Positions 11,848-24,440 of a stretch of DNA of 64,000 bases are shown here, one piece after another (position 1 is the first letter of the stretch; the number at the start of each line of letters is the position of its first letter). The stretch spans positions 47,802,001-47,866,000 of the forward strand of contig NC_083281.1 in the NCBI RefSeq assembly GCF_963506605.1. The letters are read 5' to 3'. Made by a program: the position numbers and the translations under genes. Below the pieces are notes generated by a model. The model was not told the DNA's origin. It ran no database searches and saw nothing but the letters and a program-made list of their open reading frames with translations. Source of the DNA: Zootoca vivipara. Lineage: Eukaryota.

Positions 11848-13356
11848 CCGTGTTTCCCCTTTTTTAATACGTAGTCATTAAGTAAGCCATGGCAGGATTT
11901 CTAGGCATGTGCGAAACGTAAGACATACCCCGAAAATAAGACATACCTTGGAGAGGTTTGAGACCATGTGGGAGGGGGTGCATGAATTGAGCGCGTTGCC
12001 AGGCGAGCCGCGCTGGGAGCCTCCCCGCTCTTCCCAGGACTTTTTTCCACTCGGGCCGAGCGCCCGGACAGGGAAACCCCCCGGCGTCGGGAGCGCTGCT
12101 GGCCCCTTCCACGCCTCTGGAGCATTGTGGGCTGCATGGCCCAAGGCTGAGCGGCGGCGGGAGGCCCGCTGGCCCTTCCATGCCGCCAGGGCAACGGACG
12201 GCGGCGGGAGCGCTGCTGGCCCCTTCCACTCCTCTAGAGCGTCGTGGGCTGCATGGCCCAAGGCTGAGCGGCAACGGGAGGCCTGCGGGCCCTTCCGTGC
12301 CGCTGGGGCAATGGGTGGCGGCGGGAGCGCTGCTTGCCCCTTCCGCGCCTCTGGAGCGTCGTGGGCTGCATGGCCCAAGGCTGAGCGGCAATGGGAGGCG
12401 TGCGGGCCCTTTCACGCCGCCGGGGCAACGGACGGCTTTTTTTCCTAGCTGCTTTTAAAAACAAGGCGCTGGACTGGAGGCACCTTTGGTTTGGTCCGCC
12501 TGGGCTCTTTCTGTTTAAGCGCGGGAGAACAGTTCTTCGGAGAGGCTCTCCCAGCTCCCGCCTTGGGCTCTGCAGCACCACCTCCCACACAGAGGAAGCG
12601 TGAGAAGCGCAGCTGCCGAGGGCCCCGCTGACCCCCGCGGAATCCATCACGCCCCTCCCTCAAAGCCATGTTGTGCCGGAGCAGCCCAGCAGCTTAGCCG
12701 GCAACGTCTTGCCCCGCTCCCAATCCGCCTTGCCACCCACGACTGGGCCATTTCAGATTCCACCCCACTCCTGCCCTGCCTCCTCAGCCGCTGTGCGATC
12801 TAGCCCCCGCCAGCCAGCCGCCCAAGCCTGGCTCCTTGAAGGCTTCGCCTTAGCAAAATCCCTGCCTAGGCTGGAGCTGGGGGAGCCTCGCGCCATCGCT
12901 TCACACACCCGCTCACGGCGCGCCCCAAGCACCAAGCTACCCCGGCGAGGGACCTGCCCGGTTCCCGCGTGCGCAGGTTCAGGCCGCGGCTTCGGCACCG
13001 AATGGACGGTGATGGGAGCGCTGCTGGCCCCCTTCTGCCCCGCCGGAATGTTGTGGGCCGCATGGCCTCGGCGCCCAGAACCGGCGGCTGCTGCAGCGCC
13101 AAGCAGCGCCCCGAGCCAGCGGCCTGTCATAAGGTACCGACTATACTTTCCTCCCTTCCTGTATTCCGAGAGCCAGTCTCTGCAAATTTCACCTTTCCTG
13201 TCTGCCTTATAAGACCAACGAGCAACAGAAGGTACCGTAATAAAATAAAATAAAAACCTAATAAAAAAATTAAGACATCCCCTGAAAATAAGACACCTTG
13301 TGTTTTTTTGAGGAAAAAAAGTTATAAGACGGTGTCTTAAAAAAGGGGAAACACGG
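11848..13356. mobile_element. Non-autonomous Tc1/mariner-pogo (Tigger-like) DNA transposon with a GC-rich internal tandem array
   Basis: TIRs CCGTGTTTCCCCTTTTTTAA...TTAAAAAAGGGGAAACACGG, TA on both flanks, subterminal AAAATAAGACA repeats, three ~118-bp internal units at ~12085-12440. Confidence 0.85.
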
Positions 13357-16300
13357 TATAACCCCAGGCAGAATTGCAGTTGACTGTCAGGAGATGCAGT
13401 AGAATGGTAGCATGTATGTTTTTGAATTTGCACCTTCTTGTATTTAAACACTATTGCACAAATATTTCATTCCCCCCCCCCCAAAAGGCTTTGCATAAGT
13501 CAGTTAAAGGCCAGTTTAAAAGTGAGTGAATGAAGCATATCTAGTCCATTTCATAATACTAATATTAATGTTCAATTAAAAGCAACACTGAATTATTTGT
13601 TGAAGAGGATCTTAAATCAAATGAATATATAGACAAAATGCTTCATTGGGCAATATGCTGAGTTCTTGTTCCTCTGTGATACATACTATCTAAGCCTCTA
13701 CTATAGTCGTTTCAAAAGAACCTCCAAGTTTCCTTAATGGATTTTGATTCTTCCCTGTAACATCTCTTTTACAAATCCTTCATTGTTGAGTAATTCTCTG
13801 TCCTGAAATTAAATACGACTTGAGTAAGACTTTCTGGACATTCTTCCACTCACAGACATGTTGAATTTGATCATGCTGTGCTAGCTGCTGCTCCCAGAAA
13901 GTTTTTCCTGTGCTGTTACTTAACAGCTTCCTGCAGTGCTCCATGATTCAGATTTCCTAAATGGATATTGAGGGAAACCAATGAAAGGGTTAATGAAATT
14001 AGGAGGGTCCAGGAGGAGTGGCCTGATATTTTCATAAAACATGTGGCTGGAAACTTTTAAATTAAAGCTCAGGGTTTTCCAAATTCTGTGCCAGACAGCA
14101 GTTTCTGTGACTGCCCAGGAGTTGAATTGGATAGCGCCCAATAAGATGGTTGCAGTCAAAGCTGTGGGGCAACTGAATCCTCACCTCTGAGCATAGTTTA
14201 TGTGATGCTTCTGTGATGGATGTGGGCCCAGAACAGAAGTGCTTGGTGAAGAAAACGCTTCTGTGCCCATCACTGCTTTCAAAACACCACAGTATAAAAT
14301 ATTCTTTTATTGACATATCTGCACTATTGGCATAGCCTCCCACTTGTTGTCTTGGTGTGGCATGGTGTGCTTTGCAAAGAGTTGGGGGTCCAACCTTGTC
14401 GAGTTTCTTGGACTGCAGGTTCAAGGATTGGGCTGGAAGGTTTTTAATGAAAAAAATATTAGCACCCATTTGGCTCCCATCTTAGACTCAGGAACCAGTT
14501 CAGACTTGCAGTTGAAAATAAGCAAGTTGATGAGCACACTTGTTTCAGTTTGTGGGCAATGCAACACACATCCTGTTACCAAACCCCCTGAAGTCACTGC
14601 ATGGTAAAATCTGCAAGATCCCAAGCACAAAGCATACATGGCCTGGTTGTTTCTTTTAATTAAAGTCCTGGTTGAAACCTACTGTTACAAGATGTAAAAG
14701 GCAAAGACATTTTAGAGAGTGTGAGAAAAGTTACTGTGTCTGGAGCCTGCTGTGCTCCTGATGATGTCAAGGGCTGCAAACCAAACCTGCCCTGAGGGGG
14801 CAGCAGCCAGCTTGAGGCTGCTCAGGAATTTTCTGAATTGTGTCTGGATTTCTGTTGTTTCTAGAGCATCTGTGCACACTGCACCTCCTCTTGGATGATA
14901 GGGCCTGCCACTTTGACCCGTACTTTTGCAACTGCTGAGCTTGACTGCTTTGGTATGCTTCACGTGGGGCTGCCCTTGATGATGACTTGGGAGATGCAAA
15001 ATTCTGCAACCCATCTGTTAAAGGGAAGAAGCAAGGAGCATATTTTCCTCCTTCACTTCCAGAGGAGGGGTTGGCACCACAGCTCATTGGCCCAGTTCAA
15101 GGTGCTCATGCTTAACCTGTAAAGATTCCCATAATCTAGTACGCAGATGCCTCTGACACAAGTCATCTCTATTGCTTTCTTTGTTTACCCAATCAGATCC
15201 TGCTTCATTGAGAGCATCTGTTGCTAGGACGGCACTCTCTCCCTCTGGAACTGAGAATTTGTTCATCTTATAACTTGAAAGGACTGTCACAACTTTTCCT
15301 TGCCTGCTTCTAGCACAGCCTATCCCAGTCTGGTGCCCTCTGGATATTTTGGACTACAACTCACATCAGTTCTCACCAGCACAGGTGTATGATGCTGGGG
15401 CAGATGGCAGTTGTGGTCTGAAGCATCTGGAGGGCATCTGATTGGAGGAGGCTGCTCTAGGATTTTTCCTTGGGGTTTTTTTCTCAAAGGCTGAGAACAT
15501 CTTCTACCTAAGGAGGTTGTTTTTTTTAATTGTGGTTCATCAGTTGTTTGCAGTTGCCTTGAACCCATGTCAGAAAAGCAGCAAATACATATTTTAAAAT
15601 AAACAATGAAAACCATTCGAGGATGGCTAAGTTGGTAGATCCAGCCCCAAGGCAGTTTCACAGACTAGCTGAGGTGCAGTAAAAGTTTGCCCAGGGTTCT
15701 TACCTGAGAGGAGAAAAGAAAGGAGTTCAAAGTTTTTCCTCACTTTAATTGCCTCTTTATTTTCTATGTGACATCTAAATTATCTTACATCTGCACGGAG
15801 TGCAAGGGAGCCAATAGCAAAAGTGCAAAATGTACTTCTGGCCTTTGGAGCGTGGCCTGCAAACCAGAGGCAGGTTCTTGAGAAGATAGTTGATGGCCAA
15901 ATTCACATTTGGTCTTTTCAGTAGCTGTTGCAGTTAAGAGGCCTCCTTGCTCTTTGTATGTGTGTGAGAGACAATGCTTCTAGGGGTACTGATGGACAAG
16001 TGTGTGATCTGCATTGTACTCGGATCTGTTTCTGTGCAGTGTTTTGTAGAGAGATGGATGGCACCAGAGCCATCTTAGTTAACTTCAGTGCAACACAGAT
16101 TCTTGCAGGGCTCTTTAGGTCTGACTAGATAGGTGCCTTTCCCCCCTAACCTTTTCTAGATCTGTGTGCCAGAGCTCCAGAGGAAGGGACAATGAACGCT
16201 GGACAGCGGCAGCCACATATTCCACCTGCATAAAGCACTTTAAACTGTACAATTGAATCTGTGCTGTGGTGCCCAGTGTGATATAGTGGGCAGTTAATTA

Positions 16301-17193
16301 TAATTGCAACAGTTAACCTTGAAGGATAATCCAGTTGGACACTTCAACTCACTTTACAACAACAACATCTAAAATGAGCTGGAGAAATGTATACTCAGGC
16401 AGTGTTACCGTTACTATGGCCCAGATTTCTGAAACTTCTCAATATGTACAAAAATACCCAGGCACCCACTCTCTGTCCAGAAACCTTTTAAAAGGGTGAC
16501 TTGTGGGTTTCATTGGCCCACACAGACCTAAGAGGAGGAAGGGGGAGCCCTTTCAAGAGCACAGAGAACTGAGGAATGAGGGGGGCACATGGGAAAGGTT
16601 CCTGCCCATTTAGCAGCCACTTTCCTTCAGGTACTGTGAGGTTTGCGGTTTTGCTATTCATGCAGCCTCTCTCCAGTCTCCTGATTTTCCTGTGGATAGA
16701 GCGTAGGCTCTTGGCTCTGTTTGGCTACCACCACCGCTGCCACCTGCTCCTGTAAGCAGCCAAGCCTTGTTCACCTACACAGGAGGATGTGGAGTTAGCC
16801 TGAATCATGTGCTCAGCCTGCAAAAGTGGCTTCATTGGAAAGTTTAAATACCCAACGGTTACTTCAAACCCCTTACTTGCATTGTAACTCCTGCCCCCAA
16901 TCAGAGAGTGTTTTAAGTAAAGAGGGAGCTGAAAACATTACCAGAGTGTGATCTTCTCTTAGAATGACTCTGTTCCAAATCTAAAGCGATTTGGGGTGTG
17001 AAGTTCCTTCTGGCCAGCACCATATCTCAATCTGTTTGCCGGTCCCCACTCACTCGGTGTAGGAACTCCATGCAAATGAAATGTTGGGGTTTGTTTCAGC
17101 ATAAGCTTTACTTAAGTTGTAAACCACCCTGTGATCTACAGATGAAGGGCAGCATAAAAAAATTAATTACTCATACAGTAATCCTAATAATAT

Positions 17194-17552
17194 GGGACGC
17201 AGGTGGCGCTGTGGGTTAAACCACAGAGCCTAGGGCTTGCCGATCAGAAGGTCGGCGGTTCGAATCCCCACGATGGGGTGAGCTCCCATTGCTTGGTCCC
17301 TGCTCCTGCCAACCTAGCAGTTTGAAAGCACGTCAAAGTGCAAGTAGATAGATAAATCGGTACTGCTCTGGTGGGAAGGTAAATGGCATTTCCGTGTGCT
17401 GCTCTGGTTCCCCAGAAGTGGCTTTGTTATGCTGGTCACATGACCTGGAAGCTGTACGCCAGCTCCTTCGGCCAATAATGCGAGATGAGTGCAGCAACCC
17501 CAGAGTCGGTCACAACTTGACCTAATGGTCAGGGGTCCCTTTACCTTTACTT
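17194..17552 (+). mobile_element. Full-length Sauria SINE
   Basis: GGGACGCAGGTGGCGCTGTGGGTTAAACC head, GTTCGAATCC B-box, (ACCTTT)n tail, direct repeat TAATCCTAATA at 17179-17189 and 17553-17563. Confidence 0.92.
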
Positions 17553-18434
17553 TAATCCTAATACATTTTATTCTATAGCCCACCCTTTCTTTAAGAAGCT
17601 GAAGGTGAAGAACCTGCTTCCCTCCATCTCTTCCATTTTATAGAAATTGTGCCAATCTGCATATTGTATCGCATCCTATAAGAAGAGCGCTACAGCTGGA
17701 TCCGACCAGAGGTCCTTCTAGGTCAGCTTCCCATCCCTCTTGGTAGAAGCTCTTTCTGACTGCCCCCCCCCAGCCTTGCCCTCTCTCTCTCCCTGGGCCA
17801 AGGCCTTGCCAAGCTGCCTCCGATTTATCTGTGGTTGGCTCAAATTCCCCCTCAATTGGCAGTTTCCACCTGGTGGAGTCTGCAGGCTGATATCTAGCCA
17901 ATGGAAGGATCTCAACGGCTCCAGCAGAGCTGCTGCTGCAGTGCAGCACCATGAAAAGGAGGTGGGGTTCCTCTTCCTCCTCCTCCTCCCAGAAAGTGTG
18001 CCAGATGCACACTCAAGTCTAGTGCTGCTTTTCTGCAGCAACTGTTATGAGAAAAAGGAGGACCCTCCTCTTAAGTGATGGCGCAATGGATTCAGCATGC
18101 AGCATGGGCCCTCTGGAGAAGGTGACTGTTTCCACAGAAACTGTTATAGGATGCCGACCCACCGTGCTCTTCCACCACCTTCCCTACCAGACTTCCAAGC
18201 TCAGTGCTTATATTGGGGAAACACATGTTTTCCGAATGAAAATTGAAGAAGGGTTTCCCTTTTGGCACCCAGCAAAATCATTTGGCTCTAAAGGAGCCAT
18301 CCCCTCTGTTCTGGTTGGACAGAAGAAGGAAGTCCAGGGCAGTGAGGCCAGATCATCCAGTCTGCATGAGGTGAGAGTTCATTTGCACCTAGTGTCCAGC
18401 ATATGGAATGACAGGCAGGGCAATTGCCTTAAAT

Positions 18435-18570
18435 CAGGCTTGGCCAAACTTGGCCCTCCAGCTGTTTTGGGACTACAATTCCCATCATCTTTGATCATTG
18501 GTCCTGTTAGCTAGGGAAGATGGGAGTTGTAGTCCCTAAACAGCTGGAGGGCCAAGTTTGGCCATGTCTG
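18435..18570. mobile_element. hAT-type MITE (~136 bp, palindromic)
   Basis: CAGGC...CTG ends, GGACTACAATTCCCATC core, 8-bp TSD CCTTAAAT/CCTTAAAC. Confidence 0.85.
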
Positions 18571-19433
18571 CCTTAAACTGATAATGAAGCAGCAGGCCCA
18601 GAATGCATCAGATTGCATTTAAGAGCAAGTTTTAGCTCCCATGATTCTTCATGAAAGTGATGGAGAACGAGCAGAAAAGTTGCATTGTAATCACCATAAG
18701 CCTGTCCCATGCTGGAGGCTGGGTTGAGCCTTCAGGAAGCAAAAGAACTGAGAGTACCCAGAGCAGCTGACTCTGGTCATCTGCAGTCAACAGGACCCTT
18801 GCATACCAGGGCAGGAAATGTCTGTAGTTGGTCTGATAAGGTGGCTTTTTAGAAGTCTGTAAGACCAGGCCCGATTTTTCCTTTTCCTTTTTTGAAGGCC
18901 ACTTCCTTTCTTAGCCTCTTTTGTTTTGCTGCAGCTCTCATTTGAATAGAGGGCAATTCTGAGTGCATCTCTCTTGACAACAGGCTCAGACTCTGGGCTC
19001 ATCTACACCTCCATTTGCCCCACTGGTTTCCCTCAGGAAAACACAAGTTTTAGTGCGGAATCGGAACAATGGGTGCATTCTTCTTGAAGCTGTCGAGCTG
19101 TGAAAATCACGTCCACTGTCCCCCTAGAAGGTCCAAAACCATTCTGGGATTCAGGAAGGGTAGCCTTGGATATTGTTAGGAGATGGTTTGCTAAGGCCCT
19201 TGCAAGAATTTTGCCGGCTGCAGCTAATAAAGAGATGCCTCAATAGTTTCTACAATCTGTTCTAGTACCTTTAAAAAAAAGAGAGAGATTGATAATTTTG
19301 GTATCCCTAAAGTCTGCTGAGATCTCCTCTCCCAGATTTTTCTGATGAACTTGTGAAGTTGTTGTGCAAGCTCAATTCTGCCCACTTTGAAGACTACGGC
19401 AGGTATCCCATCAGGTCCGCTGGCTTTGTTGTT

Positions 19434-19773
19434 GTTTTCCAGATTTAATTTTTATTTACAAACCCATCCAGTGTGATTAGTCTTAGGAGTATGCTTTCTT
19501 TCAGAAAAGTTGTACTCTAGATAAACTTCTATCTTCACTCCATTAATGTATGTTTACTTCTTGAGTAGCTGGTGCCTTACAATAAAAGGAGCAGCAAATC
19601 CACTTCCAAAGAAGGCTGCCATCATTGCCAATAATCGCCATTTGTTTTCCACAGAAAAAGGGAGGTTCTTTCCAGGCCCCTCCTCATAATGCGAACGGCA
19701 AATGGCCGAGGTGGCGAACCGGCGGACGCTGACACCCAACATGGCGCCGGGAGGACGAGCATGCAACAACAGT
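19434..19773 (-). pseudogene. COX7C: Processed COX7C retrocopy (intronless; CDS 19554-19742, 62 aa, open frame)
   Basis: [62 protein letters not shown]; no introns; AATAAA (plus-strand tttatt 19451-19456); TSD AACAACAAAG at 19424-19433 and 19774-19783. Confidence 0.93.
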
Positions 19774-20208
19774 CTTTGTTGTTTTTCATTTGGTTAATGG
19801 TTTTGGAGATACTGCACGCTCATCTCTAATTTGTTTTTGAGAATTTGTGAGAGGACCTCAGCAGCTACGGGGCAGTTGCAGCTAAGGAGATTCTGACAAT
19901 GTTCTTTCCAGTGCAGTGTAATAGCTTCTTTATCTTTTAGAAGTGTGGTACCATCTGTTGAGCTTAGGGGGCATATGCCATGATTTATTGGCCTATAGAA
20001 GGTCTTTGTGGCCTTAAAGAAATTCTGTGCATCGTGAGTGTCAGCTAAGTGCTGGATCTCTTGACCTTTTTTTTTTTTTATCCACCTCATGTTCTTTAGT
20101 CCTCTGGTTCTTCTTTGGACCTCAGCCTTAGCGTTGGCATAGGGGTTTTTTCTTAGTGGCACAATTTCTATCTCTTTGCCAGATTTGAAAGGCCTTCCTT
20201 TTCTTGTC

Positions 20209-20239
<31 letters not shown>

Positions 20240-20852
20240 TTTTATTTATACCCCGCCCTCCCCAGTCAAAAACCGGGCTCAGGGCGGCTGACACCAACAG
20301 AATTACAATAAAACATAAAAACAATTAATTAAAATACAGTATTAAAATTTAAAATGCAGCCTCATTTCAAGTAGGCCATAAATCCAAGCCATGAGGGAGG
20401 AAAACACAGGGGTCAGGCTGAGTCTAACCCAAAGGCCAGGCGGAACAGCTCTGTCTTGCAGGCCCTGCGGAAAGATGACAAATCCCGCAGGGCCCTGGTC
20501 TCCTGGGAAAGAGCGTTCCACCAGGTTGGGGCCAGTACTGAAAAGGCCCTGGCTCTAGTAGAGGCCAATCTAGCCATCTTATGACTCGGGATCTCCAGAA
20601 TATTATTATTTGTGGACCTTAAGGTCCTCCGTGGGGCATACCAGGAGAGGCGGTCCCATAGGTACGAGGGTCCCAAGTCGCATAGGGCTTTAAAGGTCAA
20701 AACCAGCACCTTAAACCTGATCCTGTACTCCACCGGGAGCCAGTGCAGCTGGTAAAGCACTGGATGAATGTGATCCCGCGGCCGGGACCCTGTAAGGAGC
20801 CTCGCCGCAGCATTCTGCACCCGCTGGAGTTTCTGGGTCAGCTTTAAGGGCT
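20209..20852 (-). mobile_element. 5'-truncated L2-clade LINE, 3' end with (TTA)n tail
   Basis: KLQRVQNAAARLLTG...LHWLPVEYRIRFKVLVLTFKAL...RAFSVLAPTWWNAL, the typical L2 ORF2 C-terminus; tail at 20209-20238. Confidence 0.9.
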
Positions 20853-23800
20853 GTATGTGTTCAATAATGTGTTCAATCTCACTGTCATTCTCATCAAACC
20901 AGTTTCTTGGTTTGGTATCCAATAGTTTGTTCACAGGCTGCAATAATGGATTTTTTAGCTTGGTCCAGTGTTCCTCGATGTTATCGGGGAACTTCCTCAA
21001 TATCAAAGTAGTTTCCTGGATCTTCCTCTGTTCTCCATCTGCTCCACTGAAAATAAGTTGAGTATTTGTAAACAAACACAACACCTGTACAAAACATGCA
21101 GAAGGGATTCAGCTGATCTTGGAATGTCATTTAACATGCTCTGTAGAGTCAGGAGTTTCTTTTGGAAGGAAGTGTCAAAAGAAATGTGGTTATCCTACGG
21201 ACTATGTAAGGAATTTCCCAAAAGACAGATTGCTGATGGGGGGAAAGAGGTTCTGCATCCTGCTATTTATGCATGAGAGGAATGGGAACCATTATTATTA
21301 TTTAATTGTCTTGTGGAATTATATTGTTAATTTGGTTTTTCAGCTGACGCACCCTGCCAAAGTTGCTAGATCCAGCTTTGCATTGCGTAGCCCAAGGCAC
21401 TTTCCCAGTACTTAGGCATCTCTACTTTCACTGCTGTTAGCATTAAGTCTTTTGTAAATAGAGAATGTTGTTAATAGCAGATTGGGGTAATAAAATAAGA
21501 GTTGGAAGCGGCCTTGGAGGTCCTCTGACCCTACCCCTTGCTGTTTGGCAGATCTGCAATGCAGGATCCAGGGAAGACTCCCTGGCAGTTGGCCCAGCCA
21601 GTCACAAACAGCCTGTTCCCCTGTTGAAAAACAGGTTTTCCCATTAGCATAGCTGAAACCTGCTTCCATGCAATTTCTGCCACTTGGTTCTGAGCAGCTC
21701 TCATGGCATCCCCATGTAAACCCCTCTTTGCCAGGCTTACCGTAGCCCAGCTCTTTCCACTGTTTCTCAGAGGGGTCCCTGGCCACCATCCTGGTCTTCC
21801 TCTTCTGGGCACACTCTGTTTGGCAAACACCCTCCTTTTAAAAATTCATTTCAAGTTTTTCTTTTTGATGTTTTATACAGGTAACCCTTTGGGCGCGCGG
21901 GGGGGGGGATTTAAAAAAAATGTTGAGGAGGGTGTGCCCAGTCACTTGAAACATGTCCATATATGAGATTGGTATACCATCTTGTCTTAATTTGTGGAAA
22001 GCTGCTTCCTCATCTGCAGCACAGTCAAGTCACATCCTCTGGCCCTTGCACTATTGAATAGGGCAGGGGGTGGCTGTTCTTTCCAGTCCTGGAATAAGAG
22101 CTAGTTAGCCACCATGACTGTACCTAGGAGCCAGTCACATTCTCCATCAGTCATTGCTATCTTCTTTTTTAAAAGAACCCCAAGATATGAACCAGGCTTC
22201 AGCCTGTTGCAAAAAAATACACATAACATTAAAAAATTCTGAGCCCAAGAATTTCTCCTGAGTGCTAAAACTGGATGGACTGCACAGTCCTTCCATGCAA
22301 AAATCCATTGTGGTGATCTTTAAGTTCTCTTCATTTCTGCAATATACTTTGTGGGGGTGGGGTGGCTCATTTCATTGCTAATATTGTTAAACAACTGGGA
22401 GTAAAAAAGCATTACCTGAATCCTTCTGCCCACCTTCAATCTAGAATCTAGAGGACTTGATGCCGCCTTGACAAAACTCCCACCACAGAGAAAGCTAGCA
22501 TGTTGAGGCATGCCCTGCCATGCTAGCTTTTTTATATGCATGGTGGCTGTGTTGTGGTTTTGGTCTCTTTGCCAGGACTGCAGAACCAACTTCAAGAAGG
22601 TGCTGCCTATCTGAGCCGTTTAAATATTCATAATCCATAGCCAGATGCGGTTGGTGGTGGCTTTTGAGGTGCAGTGAGTGGGTGGGGAGAGATGCTTCAA
22701 GTGAGTTTTCTTGCCGAAGTTCCCCTTTTGTAAGCCGCTCTGGGGATTTTGCTGAGGGGTGGGAAGTGCAAATCCCTAACTGCTTCCAGCTGTGCCAGAG
22801 CTGCTTTTGCAGCAAATCTCTCTCCCATTGCAAGGATTACCCTGGATTCCTCCAGCTGCTGTTTTAAGAAGGAGCCCATAGGAGCTTGCTTTGCCTCCTG
22901 GCGGATAATGTAAGGGGAGGGGCTAAATCCAGGCAGGGGGAGGGGGAGGGCGTCATGGATACAAGCTGGAGCAATTGATGGCTGTTGGGTGGGCATCAGA
23001 GTGACCTGCTGGAGGAAGAGGAGGAGGAGGAAGGGGGACAGGAGATGCTAAGAAGAGACTGAGAGTTGTCCTCTTCAGTCTTGAAATACAAAATGTGCTG
23101 ATGAATGGGAGCCCTTGAAGGGTCATCACAGGTCAGTGGGAAACAGGAAGAGACTAACACCTCTGAGCCAAGAGAGGCGAGCATTTTCATGTTAAGGGCT
23201 GCATTTCCTTGGGTGGCACGTGTAAACTATTAGGGGCCAGATCCTGGACCAGACTTTCTCTTGCTCTTTTTCTGCATACGGTCCAATTATTTCCTGTTCT
23301 GGAGCTAAATCATTGAGCTTATTTTTGCCATTTTGGCCATGCCTTGTTAAACTATTCAGTTATTGTAGTGAGTTGCTTGGTCAGCTTGACATCCTTCAGG
23401 ATTCAGGTCACTTTCCAGGTGCTGCAGCAGTTAAATCTCTGGGTGGGGAAGGGGATCCATTTTGCCTATTGCACATGTAGGTACCGGTAAATGTGTGCTA
23501 GCTCCACACGGAAACTCCACCGCAGGTGCTTTTTGCCAGTTCATCTGCTGAATTGGTTGATAAACCTGATTCTAGGGCATAGTGGTTGACTTGCATGTCC
23601 TTAAGCAGAAAAACAACCTTACGGGAAGGGTTGTGTTGGAATGAATAAAGGGAGCATAAGGCTGTGTGGGGCAGGGCAGCTTCACCCAACCTGGTGCCCT
23701 CTAGATATTTTGGACTACAACTCAAAAGAAGGGATTGTGAGGAGCTCCAGATGGAGAATGAGCAGCAAAATGGCAAGTGCAGTTCGGTGTAACAACTGTG

Positions 23801-23879
23801 AAGCGATGCATGTTGGGGCAAAAAGATATTGATTCACAGCTATGTTCCCAGGGTGGTGACTGACCATGAATGAAACCTT

Positions 23880-24440
23880 GGGGTCACAGTACATAACTCA
23901 ATGAAGATGTCACCCCAGTGTACAACATTTGTGGAAAAGACATATTCTATGCTAGGGATCATCAGGAAAGAAATTGAAAATTAAACTGCCAATATCATCA
24001 TGCCACTACAGTATATAAATCTATGGTGTGATCGCATTTGGAATGCTGTGTACAGTTCTGGTTGTCTTACCTCAAAAAGGATATTGTAGGGTTGGGAAAA
24101 GGTTCAGCAAAGGGAAACCAAAATGATCAAGAGGATGGGAGTGACTCCCCTATGAAGAAATGTTTCGGCATTTGAGTATTTTTAGTTTAGAGAAAACGTG
24201 AGTAAGAGGCAACATGATGAAAGTTTATAAAATTATGCATGGCTTGGAGCAGGCATCCCCAAACTTCGGCCCTCCAGATGTTTTGGACTACAATTCCCAT
24301 CTTCCCTGACCACTGGTCCTCTTAGCTAGGGATCATGGGAGTTGTAGGCCAAAACATCTGGAGGGCCGCAGTTTGGGGGTGCCCGGCTTGGAGAAAGCGG
24401 ATAGAGCTAAGTTTTTCTCCCTCTTTCATAACACTAGGAC
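23880..24440 (+). mobile_element. CR1 LINE fragment containing a hAT MITE (24250-24385)
   Basis: CR1-like tgtgtacagttctggttgtcttacctcaaaaaggatatt; MITE with perfect 8-bp TSD GCTTGGAG (24242-24249 and 24386-24393). Confidence 0.8.

Larger units (their letters stand above)
19070..21110 (-). mobile_element. Decayed RTE/BovB-clade LINE, interrupted by a COX7C retrocopy and an L2
   Basis: Minus-strand translation fragments: [44 protein letters not shown]|ASGPDGIPA, GISLLAAAGKILARAL, ESQNGF, RGTVDVIFTARQLQE. Confidence 0.85.

Noticed and set aside
11864-13451. Repetitive ORFs of 166-232 aa
   Set aside because: They lie within a TIR-bounded non-autonomous transposon and translate its GC-rich tandem repeats
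17194-17290. tRNA-like A/B boxes here and in other SINE heads
   Set aside because: They are SINE 5' regions with no intact cloverleaf, so not tRNA genes
18435-18570. ACTACAA(T/C)TCCCA motifs resembling ZNF143 sites, and miRNA-like hairpins
   Set aside because: They are internal palindromic arms of high-copy hAT MITEs with TSDs; no evidence of function
19554-19742. COX7C as the authentic nuclear gene or as a NUMT
   Set aside because: COX7C is nuclear-encoded and normally has introns; this copy is intronless with a TSD inside a LINE
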